Assembly (NCBI RefSeq): GCF_000181795.1
Contig: NW_003526944.1
Location: forward strand, 4,868,479-4,932,478
DNA from: Trichinella spiralis
Taxonomy: Eukaryota
Length of the DNA: 64,000 nucleotides
Reading direction: 5' to 3'
The notes beneath the pieces were generated by a model. It was not told where the DNA came from and made no database searches. It saw nothing but the letters and a program-made list of their open reading frames with translations. Shown one piece after another: positions 13,641 to 25,077 of the stretch. The translations under genes were made by a program, and so were the position numbers. Positions within the stretch are counted from its first letter, which is position 1; every line of letters begins with the position of its first letter.

Positions 13641-16236
13641 TGGTATAACTTTAAAACAAGAATTTTAATTCAAATATACGTATATACAAATTCTGCATCT
13701 ATATATATAAGTTAATATTTGTATAATGGAGAAATTTTACTACAGTTTTGCCCAATTGATCATTTTCAACTAGCATTTTGACAATTACAGGAGTAACTGC
13801 CTAAATAATTACATCATTTAAATTGCGAGCATAACAATTCAGTTGTTAAATTAACTTTTGAAACTTTGTTTATTGTCTTTTCTTGTTTTTTATAACGTAA
13901 TTACTTGCTTATTAAATGAACATATAAATGCAGTTAATTATCGCAGTTGTACGGTAATTAATTAATCAACGTTGACCTTAATTGCTATTTCAAACTTTTG
14001 AATTAAACGTTTTATTAAATCAACAAACCAATTTCAACAATGGATGAAAAGGAAGTTGCAAAATTTCTACTTGATTTGCTTCATTTGCAATATAAATATA
14101 GCATTTTTATTTTTTTAATTTATGCTTTTGATTGTTTAGATCAAAGCTGCTTTTTGCTGATGTGAAATTTTAGAAAATTTTTTCATATAGAAACTTTTAC
14201 CAATAAAATATTCTTGATGAATACTTCTTAACGTTTCTTTTTTTATTTTGAAGTTCCATCAGAAATTCGTATAGGATAACTTATGAAATAACTATTCAGT
14301 ATTCTCGTGCACTCATTTTCGTTTTTATAATACTTTACTCATTTAAATATGCACCCACAGATGATGAAGCACTGATAAGTAAATTGCATGTTCAATTTAT
14401 CAGATCCGTTTCATTTTGCACAACAGTGGAGCAACCTTTAACTGCGGAATAGTGTTTTATTATAATTTTTTTGTTAGAATTGATTTGAAACTGTTAATTT
14501 AGTACTTTGATAAAATTATCTTATGGTTCTAATTTTTGCACATGTGAATAAGTCTGCATTAGGATTGCTGTTTGATGCTTGTTGAGTAATAAATTATTTT
14601 TATTTTATTTGCTCCAAAATTTCATATCACGTGCCATTACAGTCGTTGCTATTGGTGCACGGATTTTTGAATAATTGTATTTGTTATTGGTTCAGGGAGT
14701 TTCAACTGTATGATCATTATTATTTGTAACATTACAGAATCACGGTTCCAATTAACGTAAATGCTGTTATAAATATTTCTTTTAGTTTTCTTTACTGATG
14801 CAACTCAAAGTTCATTGATGATAGCATTGTGATTGTGGAAAATTATTTCTAATTGAATTTTATAATTCGAAATTAATATAAATTGCATTAGAAAAAAAGA
14901 AGAAAAACAACGAAAATTTTTGTATAACTTGCTAGGAGTGATGCGTCAGCAAATGTCACTTGTATTGTTTACAGCGAAAGAATTGCAGAGCACAATGCTT
15001 TTCACCACATTTGAATCGCTTGTTTATCAGTAGATTTCGCGTTGATTATTTCGAACTGAACATATTTTGGATAATTTTAAAATTGTTTCAGCATCACTTA
15101 TTAGTCAAGGTTACAGAATTTAATATTTTGAATTTGAAATTTTGAAAGCAAGTAGCAATTGATATTTTTGGCTGAACACTGCCAGAATGACTACTGTTGT
15201 TTTTGGATACAGCATTCTGTAATTTTCCTAATCAAATATTGTTTGTGTACAGATGATAAAGTTTCGAAATTTACGTCAAGTGTATATTGATTTATTATCA
15301 TTAGTTGTGGTTAATTAGTGAATCTTTATGAATATACGGACAATGAATGGTTTTTTAGCGTTGGCTTTTGGCATTTTGAAACAATCAATTTCATTTACCT
15401 GGAGCATTTCAGCGATTTTCCAAATGATTTATGTTCAATCTAAATGTGAATTAAATTTGAAATGCTTTATTATTTGTTTGTTGTTTCCCATTTTATTTGA
15501 AGACAAGCTTTATACAAACTTATTTCAACGAAATTTATTTAAATGAACCATTGAAAGATCAATGAAATGGTGTAAAAGGAAGAAATGCATCCATTGATTG
15601 TAGCAATTTCATGTTTCGCAATTGCTAAAATTTTCATTTGTTTATTGTTGTAGCTGTTCTGTTTATTTTGCTGTCCTCTACCATAACCTTGTGCAAATAG
15701 GAATTAATGGAAGAAATGATAACTTGTGATGTCATTCTACTATAATCAATATCTCTGTTTATTTAGCTTGATTGGTAAATTTCAGGTGCTTTTATTCTTC
15801 TCTTTGAGTTTCTGTTTTTTCTTTTTTTGCAACTTTTACGTTATTTTAATATTTCATTTTATTTTATCTTATTCTATTTTATTTTTTCTTAATTAGTTCA
15901 TTTTATGTTTTTTTAATGTGGCGTGTACACCATTCTTAAAACCACTTATCCATTTAGATCTTCTGAACATCATTTGTTTGCTGCACATTTTTCTCATTCT
16001 GATCAGTACATTCCTTTTTATTTTTGCACATGTTTTAAATGTTCTCAGCGTTATGATTTTATGTTTTTGATCTTAAAAGCTCAATTTTTCTGCAAATGGT
16101 CAACAATTTTGATCTTTATTTTAATAATGAATCGTATTTACGGCAATAATTATTGTTATCTTGTTTGAAAATTATTCACTAGTCTTTTTCAGTATTTATG
16201 TTATGCTATGTTGGATAATTGCCACAATAACATTTT

Positions 16237-18732
16237 TCATTCACCTTTTCTTACTAAATCGACGTAGGCAAACAGTTGTTCAGAATTTTTGGTTTTTGCA
16301 TCTTTCTCTTGTGGTACGGTTGATCTGATACCTACTTGCATGTAATTATCAGAATCAACTCTTTTGCAAATCAACGGTGCCCCGATCGGCTGAAAATAAA
16401 TATATAAACAAACAAGCAAACAAACAACAGGTTGAAAATTTTCTTTACATAGAACAGATTGTCACTGGTGTGGGTGGCGCAGAGCATTGCTTTCGGATTG
16501 AATATCATTCCGAAGCCGAGAAGGCATGTTGGTTTTTTTTGCAATGAAATCTCTACAGTGACCACACGTCCAGATCGATCTAAGCCGGATGTGAAACAGT
16601 GCTGATCGTCGTATTCTTCGCCTGAATGGTTGGGAAAATCGAACGGATGATCAATTCCTTCAACTTCAAATGGATGGCCCAGTCGAATTAACGTCAAGCC
16701 GAAACGATTCAGATCCAAGGCTTCATCTTTGGCTGAGAAGCTGGTCGAATGCTTTACCGGTATCAGACGTACATTTTGAACATCCTCTGGACTTTTATTG
16801 CTTGAAAAGCCGGTGAATACTTTGAACCACCAATTTTTTCTTCAAAAATACACAATGATAATAAATGAAGAAAAATAAGATCATTGAAGAAGTGAAAAAT
16901 TTTTGCATACTTCATGTAGCTGACTTTCAAGCATTGTGTTGATGTAACAAGAGTTCTGCTTACATTGCTGTTGGGTTCAATGTACAACGATGCCGTGCAG
17001 ATTGGTTCAAGTCCTGTACTTTTATCAATTAATAACTGCACTACTTGATTTGATAATGGACCACTGGACACCACTTTGAACTTAATGAACATGAAGTGAA
17101 TTATGGTGGCAAAAAATAATTTTTCTCATACTATTATTAGTGTATTTAAAGTAATTAAATCATCAAAGTGACTTTACTTTAGGATGTCCAGGATATATTT
17201 TGCTTATAGATTCTTCGGCTGTTCGCTGAGAATCAGAAAAATAATTGTGTGTAATATCTGAAAAGGAACAGTTAGAAAAAAAGGACTTTCAGTTGTATTA
17301 CTGTAGTGAGTGAATGATGGATAGGATGACTGACCTCCGTCTCTCAGTTTCAACGCGTTTTCGTAATTGCTCAGAAAGTTTACTGTAAATTCTGCCGAGC
17401 CAAAATATTCTGCGAATATGGTCAGTTGCCGTAAGTATGGGTGTATGTTTTGGGCTTCATCCATTTCACCACTGTACACTCCGTATAAATAGCCGATGTG
17501 GTTGACGAAACATGTCAAAGCTGCTCCAGAATGCTATAAAACAACAAATTTTGTTAAAATTTTGGTGAAAATTTTTACTGTCTTTTGAAATTAGATTATT
17601 TCTTTACTCCAACATTCATGGTTTTTGCTTTGTAACCGCAAACACCTGAAATGTGACCCAGTTGAGGATGTGCATTTCTGTTGCAAGGGATTTCTTTCGA
17701 CAGCAATGTTGGATATTCAGATTTAGTTTGCTTTCTCATATTGAAGCCTCCAGTGAAGCATTGATCAGGTGTTTGTGGGTTGCTGTCACTGACCAGACAT
17801 GCGGGATAAATAGCCCTACTGAAAGGGATTGCATCTTGCAATTTAAGAACTACAAAACCTGGTGCTGAATAGGAATCAGTGACACCCAATAGTCCTCTGA
17901 TCGTGACACTTTGTTTATCATATTGTTCTGTGAAACGTTTTTTGTAACTGCCATAATAAACTACCCAATCGTCAATAACAATTGACGGATCAGTATTGCT
18001 GAAATGAGAAAGAGCAATCGAATGGAAAAATGTTCTCTAATTTCACAGATTTTTTCAAAATTCTCTTACCCAAAACATTCTGGCGATGTTACAATCATAT
18101 CACTGGAATTGGAACTGTGCTGAATATCCGCAAACTGAATAATCGTACCGAGGCATTTGATTCCCCTCTCCACTCTGTCCATAAGAATCACCGACCAAGG
18201 GAACCCTTTTCTCTGGTACAGATAGTCGTTTCTTGTCAGATTGAATTGGGTAGTATTTCCGCAAGCGAAATTTGATTTCTACAAATTTTCAACAGAAAAA
18301 GGGAATAATTAAAAACGAAAAAGAATTTATTTTACAAAATTTAGCATTTGCAGAAGTATTTTTTTTTAATACACTCACTTTATCTGTAGGTTCTGACATA
18401 AATTCAGTGTATTCATCACTGTCATGATCGTATTTTTCTTCATTGTCTATAAATTCGGTTTGATATTCTGAAACAGACTAGTATAACGTTAGTTGAATAT
18501 CATTATGGAATAAATGAGACAATTGAAATGGAAACCTTCGCTGTTTTCATACAACTCTCTGCTGATTGTTTCCTGGAAAAGCAAGTAATTTTTTGTAATT
18601 TAAAATTATTAAAACGTTAAGATTATTAGATGTAAAAGGAAATGAATGTGAAAATAAATTGCGCACTTGTTCTGTATAGGAAGCATAGATGAATGATAGG
18701 AAGAGGATTGCAATGAAAAATGAATTGTTCAT
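16237..18732 (-). CDS. Secreted double trypsin-domain pseudoprotease, paralogue D (multi-exon)
   Basis: Exon 1 reads MNNSFFIAILFLSFIYASYTEQ. Domain 1: CGNTTQFNLTRNDYLYQRKGFPW...KCLGTII...TSPEC...YPACL...HSGAALTC. Domain 2: TSTQC...MLCA...PIGAPLIC...LVRKGE*. Confidence 0.85.
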
Positions 18733-20302
18733 CGTTTTTTCAACCAAGCACTTGCTGTTGCCTAATACGAAAACATGCAAATTGTCAATGGTCGATTGCT
18801 TTCCAACAGTATATATTGTTTTTGTCGACTGTTTAATATTGTTGCGTTTTATTTGCTGTGCTTTGAATTTGAATCAAAAATATTTAATCAACTAATGAAA
18901 ATTTATTGTCAGTAAAATTAAACAAACTTGTCGGCTTAACAATAGAAATTATTTTAATCGATCTATATAATTATGAAAACTGCACTACTGTGCATTTTGC
19001 TATATTTGTGCTCAGAATTGAGCACCATGACATTTTTTTTTATTTGTTGAAAATATTTTTTTTTCATCAAATGGCAATTTTATTTACACTTTCAAAACGC
19101 AATGCAGTATAATAATTAATGTTGATTCGCACGGTTCATCTACATATTTGGGCTTATTTTTAATTTATTTTATCATGTGCTTGCAATTGTAGCAGCTTTC
19201 TGTTGATATTTGATTATTTTTTCAGCATACTGAATACTTGCATTCATATTTTCAAATATGTGCAATAATATATTATTTTTTCTTCAATTTTTTGTGTACG
19301 TAAGTGCAATAATTCGAGTCGCTTAGAATGAATTCTGCTTTGCAACAACACATTGCCAAAGCATTGGAAAATTGTTTCTAATCGAAAGAATCCAAATAAA
19401 ATTTGAATATATACATAAATAGATAAATGGTATTTTTTTTCAAGTTAATTAATTTAATATGCATATACTTTTAGAATTTACATTTTAAATCATATTTCAG
19501 TCAAGGGTTTATTTCATGTTTTTTAATAAATATTTTTGTGTATTAATTTACTTTTTTCTTATTGTTTAATGTTTCTTTTGCTGTTTACATGCGCTTGTAA
19601 CAGCTATTGTATATTTGAGTAGTTTTCGTAAAATCCAATGTGAAATAGTTTCTTCATTAAATATTCTATTATCAATGAACAAATAATTGGTTTTATGGAG
19701 TAGAACAATAGAACCGCAGTGAGTATAACGGATTATTTTTATATTTATTTTCATTTTCTTTCCATCAAATGTTGGGAAACAGAACAATTTATTTAATCAT
19801 CTCTGTATAGAAAAATGTGTTTATCCGTTTTTTCGTTACATACTACTTCTATTTACGTGTTGAATTCTGTTATGAAGTTATTCACAAATCAGTTATGTAT
19901 TTATAGAAAGAACTGAATTTTAATCACACGCTACCATTAACAATACATATACAAAAGATTGAATGTATATAATGTATACATAGAGAATACTGAATGATAC
20001 AGAAATACATAGGATCAGTAAAAAAAATGAAGAGATTCAACAATCTGGTCAATCACAATCTCGGCTTCAGACAATATATACCCGCTTAGAAGAACGCAGA
20101 ATATTTTCAAACGGCAACTCAGCTTGGCAGAAAGAGAATAGAACAGTGCAATTACAATGAAAACCACGGTGTGTGTGTGTGTATGCATGTGTGACATAAC
20201 TACTAACTGTGTTGTGTTATTAGAAGTGTCATTTGTTCAGTCGGTATGTATGTTAAGTAGAAATGTGTTCTTCTTCCAGTTAGATTTTAGGTGGTGCAAA
20301 AA

Positions 20303-21508
20303 TTAGGGAAATGTCGATTTGTCATTTGAACTTTCCGGCCTGGGATTGTTGTACTCGAATTCAATGGTGTGAATACCTTCCAATTCGTCAATGTTGACCG
20401 TCATAATCTGACACATCACGTGCAATTCGACAAAGCGATGTGGTTCAATTATTTGAACAAACATCTAACAAAAAGAACAAATTTGAAAAAAAACCAAACA
20501 AATAATCCAATATAATTTTTCAAATTTAAACAACAACAACAAAATCATCTACCAGTGGAGGTAAGGATGAATGATTCAATATGAACGACTGGTTAAAACC
20601 ACTGTCTGGAAAGTATCGGAATATCGGTTCATCAACTGGTGGATCTCCGTCTCCCATTTGCTAAATCGTTATCGCTTGCTTATTCGCAGTTGTGATACGA
20701 ATGAATCGCACAATTTACCGCAATGCTGCAAGAGAGGGGTATGTGATTTTGATCGAACAAACGATTTGAATGGTGACCATCGACCAGTTTGAGGGTTTTC
20801 AGAAATTCTTCACTAATTACTGGCCTCCACTGACCAACCTGAAATTATCAGATGTTTTTTTTTCTGCAATATTCAAAAAATGATGATGTTTCCTTTTCGA
20901 ATACATTTCGCAAAGTGAAGAGAACACACGGGCTGCCTGTCGCGTAACCGTAGTCTGTTTCCGACGTACAATTAGGTCCAAGCCAATTCAAATCGAAATT
21001 GCAAACTTTGTTCTTTCCAACGGCAGAATTTTCAACACAATCCGTAGTCGACAATTGTTCACTTTGATTTCTATAAGCTGCAAAAGCAACTGCTGCCCTT
21101 GTAACGAGTATAAATTTGAAATATAAAATTCATATTTCCAATTATTACCGGCTAAATATTGGTCAATTTCATCGGCATAGGCGCGATAAGCGGGCTTGAA
21201 TTTTTCAGCTGGATTATAAACAAGCACGGCAATGTCGTGCAGATCAAGATCTGGTATCATGTACAATCCTAAATAAAAGAGAATATCAATAACGATAACA
21301 ACTCCAAATCTCGGTTGAATGACAGACACATGCCACACACACATACATACCTGAAGCTTTCAAACGATCACTGCGATTGATGTATGAAATCACTTGACCC
21401 AGGCCAACAAACAAAGCTATCAACACAGCTATGCAACAACAGGTGACCACTACTGCGATTCCTAAACAAAACTCAATTGTTATTGCAATTTCACCGTATG
21501 CATAAACA

Positions 21509-21558
<50 letters not shown>

Positions 21559-22240
21559 GATTATATTAATAATGGATAATTTTGCCTATGCAATATTTGC
21601 GCCTGAAAGTCATTCAATTTTAATTATTAATACATGAAATATTCTCCACTAGAAAGAAAGAAAACAATTGTAAAAAAGAGGTATAAACTAAAACTAGACC
21701 AAGGTGACTACGTAAGCAATTGGTGCTTACAAATGAAATGAAAGGAATGTTAGTAGAAAAAACAGGTTCCACAAAGGAAAGAATAAAGACGGCTTGTTTC
21801 TATGGTTCGGAAATGAAAACTATTGCTAAATTAATATTTGAGAATTTATAGAAAGAACAATGGAAAAAATATTCCATATTTAAACTGATTTTCAACAAAC
21901 AATGAACGATTCGATTTTAACGAATACAAACAAATTATAAACACACACACGAATGTAAATAATAGAAATAGAACAATTGCACATCTTGATGATGAACACT
22001 TCATCAGCAGAGTGTACACCAGGCAGTGGCAATCGTTGGCTCACCTAGGCAACAATTACGCTGTTTTGGCGACCAGCTGGGATCGTAGAAGATGGTACGC
22101 AAGCCAATTGGACCGGGTAAAATCGGTTCCAAACTTCGTGTAGAACCTGACAAATCCTCAATTGTCAGATCAGCACGGTAAACGTCGTCGTCCATTTCCA
22201 ATGCTTCCGGCTCTGCCACGATAGCGTAACGGCTAACCAT
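20303..22240 (-). CDS. nkb: Na+/K+-ATPase beta subunit-like protein (about 6 exons)
   Basis: A cytosolic N-terminus is followed by a single hydrophobic exon near 21460-21351. The family motif CNFDLNWLGPNCTSETDYGYATGSPCVLFTLRN matches beta-subunit C-F-x-x-x-LG-x-C...YGY-x-x-G-x-PC. The final exon reads MFVQIIEPHRFVELHVMCQI...STFP*. Confidence 0.85.
21510..21558. repeat. (ATT)~16 microsatellite in an intron
   Basis: Perfect trinucleotide run visible in the sequence. Confidence 0.95.
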
Positions 22241-22618
22241 CTTGCAAAGTGCTCTTTTCGGCTCAACCGTTCAAAGTCGAAAAACTTCAATTCCCAACAA
22301 TAACGATGAAAACAGTCCCGAATTGGACCTTTTATAAGTGTTCACGTTGTCGCTTTCGACCGAAACGGTCCAATTGAAAATATCGACTATCAAAAAATGC
22401 GAACTTCGCTACTCATCAATGGCACGGTAATTGCCAGTTGCATACTGTATTTTAATGATTTTCAAGGTTTACATTTGCTCAGATTCTCACTTGCCAAGGT
22501 AATGATGTTTGTTTTCCTAATGGCACATTTCTTTACTGAACCGACCAAATTCATTGTTCTTTTTACGATTTTTAGGTGTTTATAGAGAAAATGGAATTGC
22601 ACTGAAAGTCAACCTTTT

Positions 22619-24448
22619 TTAATTATCACTGTTGAATATGTCTAATAATTTTACAAAGTATTCGTTTTGATCAATGGAACGCAGAAGATTTTTCAACTCT
22701 TTCTTCAGTTTTGGAACTTTTTCTGGCATGGAAACGGATCCAATTATCCCTCTGCTGTTCAAACACTCTTTAATAATGTTCGCTTGGTGGACGTCCATTC
22801 CACAAGTTTCGCACACCGAACTGTCGGTCGTGTTGCGCTCTCCACAAGTACACCATTCGTCGGAATATGTGTCGTTTGGTTCGTCATTTTCACATGGAAT
22901 AGTCAGTGTTGTATTTTTGAAATTTTCTTCGTAGCCAAGCAATTCGCCCCATTTTTGACAAGCAACTCTATATTTGATACCCATAGCAGCCGAAGAATTT
23001 TCGTCCACGGCAGCAGTGCACTGATAGTGCAAATCTCCGACGTCACTTAAATAAATATTGATTTCACTAGGAACATTTTCATTCGCTAAACTTCGGAAAC
23101 CCCTGTACGGTGCCAAAGCCCGACGAACTGCTTCCTTCGGTAAATGCCACAACGGTTCGTGGCTTTGCATCCAAAGAAGCAAATCTTCCACATTGTTCAT
23201 CGCATACGGCGGTTCTTTACTGCATAACAGTGAATCATTTTCGCCGCAACTAAACGCATCGAAAACTATCGTCTCGTTAGACTGACGACCGACTAGAAAA
23301 ATATCCATTCCATTATTCAATTCAGCATTATTTCTGTAAATGTGATCCAAATATTTCGGTTTGTCAAGCAACATGTGATGCCATTCCAGCAACGGTCGAT
23401 CAAACATTCTTAAATCGACAATTTTCAATAAAAATTCCGTAGCGTACAAGAAGAAACTTTTCCCATTTCTCGCCAACTGCATGCAACATATAGTGTTTTC
23501 ATCACTAAGTAAGGAAGTTGGCTGATTAGATCGGATGTCGTAAAGTGACAAAATGTTGTCATGCTTCAAATAAAGACACTTTGGATGCGAGCCCCATTCA
23601 CACAGCACTGGCAACGTCTTATACTCGCACAAACCAACAGTAGAACAAGATTTGCTGTTCAAATGCTTCTGCAACACTTTACCATCGTTCAAGACAACAC
23701 AGTATTCATCTTCAAGATGTGGATTCATTTGAAAAGCAATGACATTGTCTTGAACAACAGATGAATTGACACTATTGACTGTTTGAAACAAGTTGACCAA
23801 ATGCAGCTGCTGCTTGGATGTTCGCGCGAGACAAATTGCACCACTGTCGTCACGTGGCGCAATTTCAACCTGATATATGGCATCGTTCAGACGAAAATCT
23901 TGCGTATCTATTTCTTCCAAAAATAATTCATTTTCCATTTCCGTATTGTAGTTGAACATAGAAGCTTTCAAAACGTTAGCTGAAGATGAAGTCGAGTAGG
24001 CCATCATCAGCTGCTTATGAACGTTACAAATGGCTAGGCAATTTCCCAACTCGGCTGGATCTATTTCACCATGATACAAACTTTCCAAATAGGCAAAGCA
24101 TCGTGGCCCGGTCATGTTTTGGTTCATAGAAACGCTTTCACGTAAGCCAGCGCATTCGACCTCTTCAACCGGAAAATCAACAATGGACCACTGTGGTGTC
24201 TTGGATCGTCCTGGCATGTCTTGCTGAAATATTGGAAACGGCGGCTCTGCATCATGATGATGATGCTTGGCAGTCAGTTTTCCACGTTGTAGAGTTTGAC
24301 TGCAAAGTTTCTGTGAGATCCATCTTCGACTAGACTGGAAATCCTGCACCTCCAGTGCGTTAAGGGTACCGCATTCAAGTGTGAACATGTTTTCCGACAC
24401 TGGACGCCTGGGAAACAAATTCGTCGAACTGTAATCCATTCTGTTCAT
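22619..24448 (-). CDS. TAF1C: Intronless 609-aa protein, probably a TAF1C/Rrn6-like (RNA Pol I SL1 subunit C) beta-propeller protein
   Basis: Long uninterrupted ORF. CEWGSHPKCLYL...SLYDIRS and IVDLRMFDRPLLEWHHML resemble remembered TAF1C motifs (ADFTAHPRVL...D; DERLPLVPMLKWNHGL). WD-like D-x-R strand ends are present. The CDS is certain; the annotation is moderate. Confidence 0.6.
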   Translation of the reverse strand: MNRMDYSSTNLFPRRPVSENMFTLECGTLNALEVQDFQSSRRWISQKLCSQTLQRGKLTAKHHHHDAEPPFPIFQQDMPGRSKTPQWSIVDFPVEEVECAGLRESVSMNQNMTGPRCFAYLESLYHGEIDPAELGNCLAICNVHKQLMMAYSTSSSANVLKASMFNYNTEMENELFLEEIDTQDFRLNDAIYQVEIAPRDDSGAICLARTSKQQLHLVNLFQTVNSVNSSVVQDNVIAFQMNPHLEDEYCVVLNDGKVLQKHLNSKSCSTVGLCEYKTLPVLCEWGSHPKCLYLKHDNILSLYDIRSNQPTSLLSDENTICCMQLARNGKSFFLYATEFLLKIVDLRMFDRPLLEWHHMLLDKPKYLDHIYRNNAELNNGMDIFLVGRQSNETIVFDAFSCGENDSLLCSKEPPYAMNNVEDLLLWMQSHEPLWHLPKEAVRRALAPYRGFRSLANENVPSEINIYLSDVGDLHYQCTAAVDENSSAAMGIKYRVACQKWGELLGYEENFKNTTLTIPCENDEPNDTYSDEWCTCGERNTTDSSVCETCGMDVHQANIIKECLNSRGIIGSVSMPEKVPKLKKELKNLLRSIDQNEYFVKLLDIFNSDN

Positions 24449-25077
24449 TTCAAACAGATTTCGTACGCATACAGCACAGTTTCTCTGATGCTAAATTATA
24501 AATTTCTATCATTAATCGAAACGATTGTCTTACTGCCAAACGAAAGTAATTTTAGTTAAGATAACAGTATGCTGTTCTATTAATAAAGGTTTAATAGTAT
24601 ACTGTACAGTTGAAATTTTAATAGAATACTAATTCTATGATAAACCAGCAACAAATTCTAGGTATTTATCGTTTTAAACAATAAATAATGAATTCGATAA
24701 AATTTCAAAGCAGTTTTTCAAAATTAATAATGCAATTCTTTGGCGTAATAAAAAATTAATTTGTCTTATTTTGGAAATGTCAAAGTAAAATATTTTCATA
24801 TTAATAATTATAGCTTTATTTTTTATTAAAAAATAGCATTTATTACTTTAAAACAATTGAAACTATTTGCACTTAAATAACAGTATTTATCAGCTACCTA
24901 ATTTACATGGTGATAATGCTTACTGTAAATTTACTTTAAATCCAATAACATTCGGACACGTCATTTTAAATGATTTGCGTCATTTTGATTTTGCAGCAGC
25001 AAAATCCTTTTTAATATTCTTTCACCAATATATCCACAGTAATATTTCAATTTCTTTAAAGCAAATTGGAAACAAAA

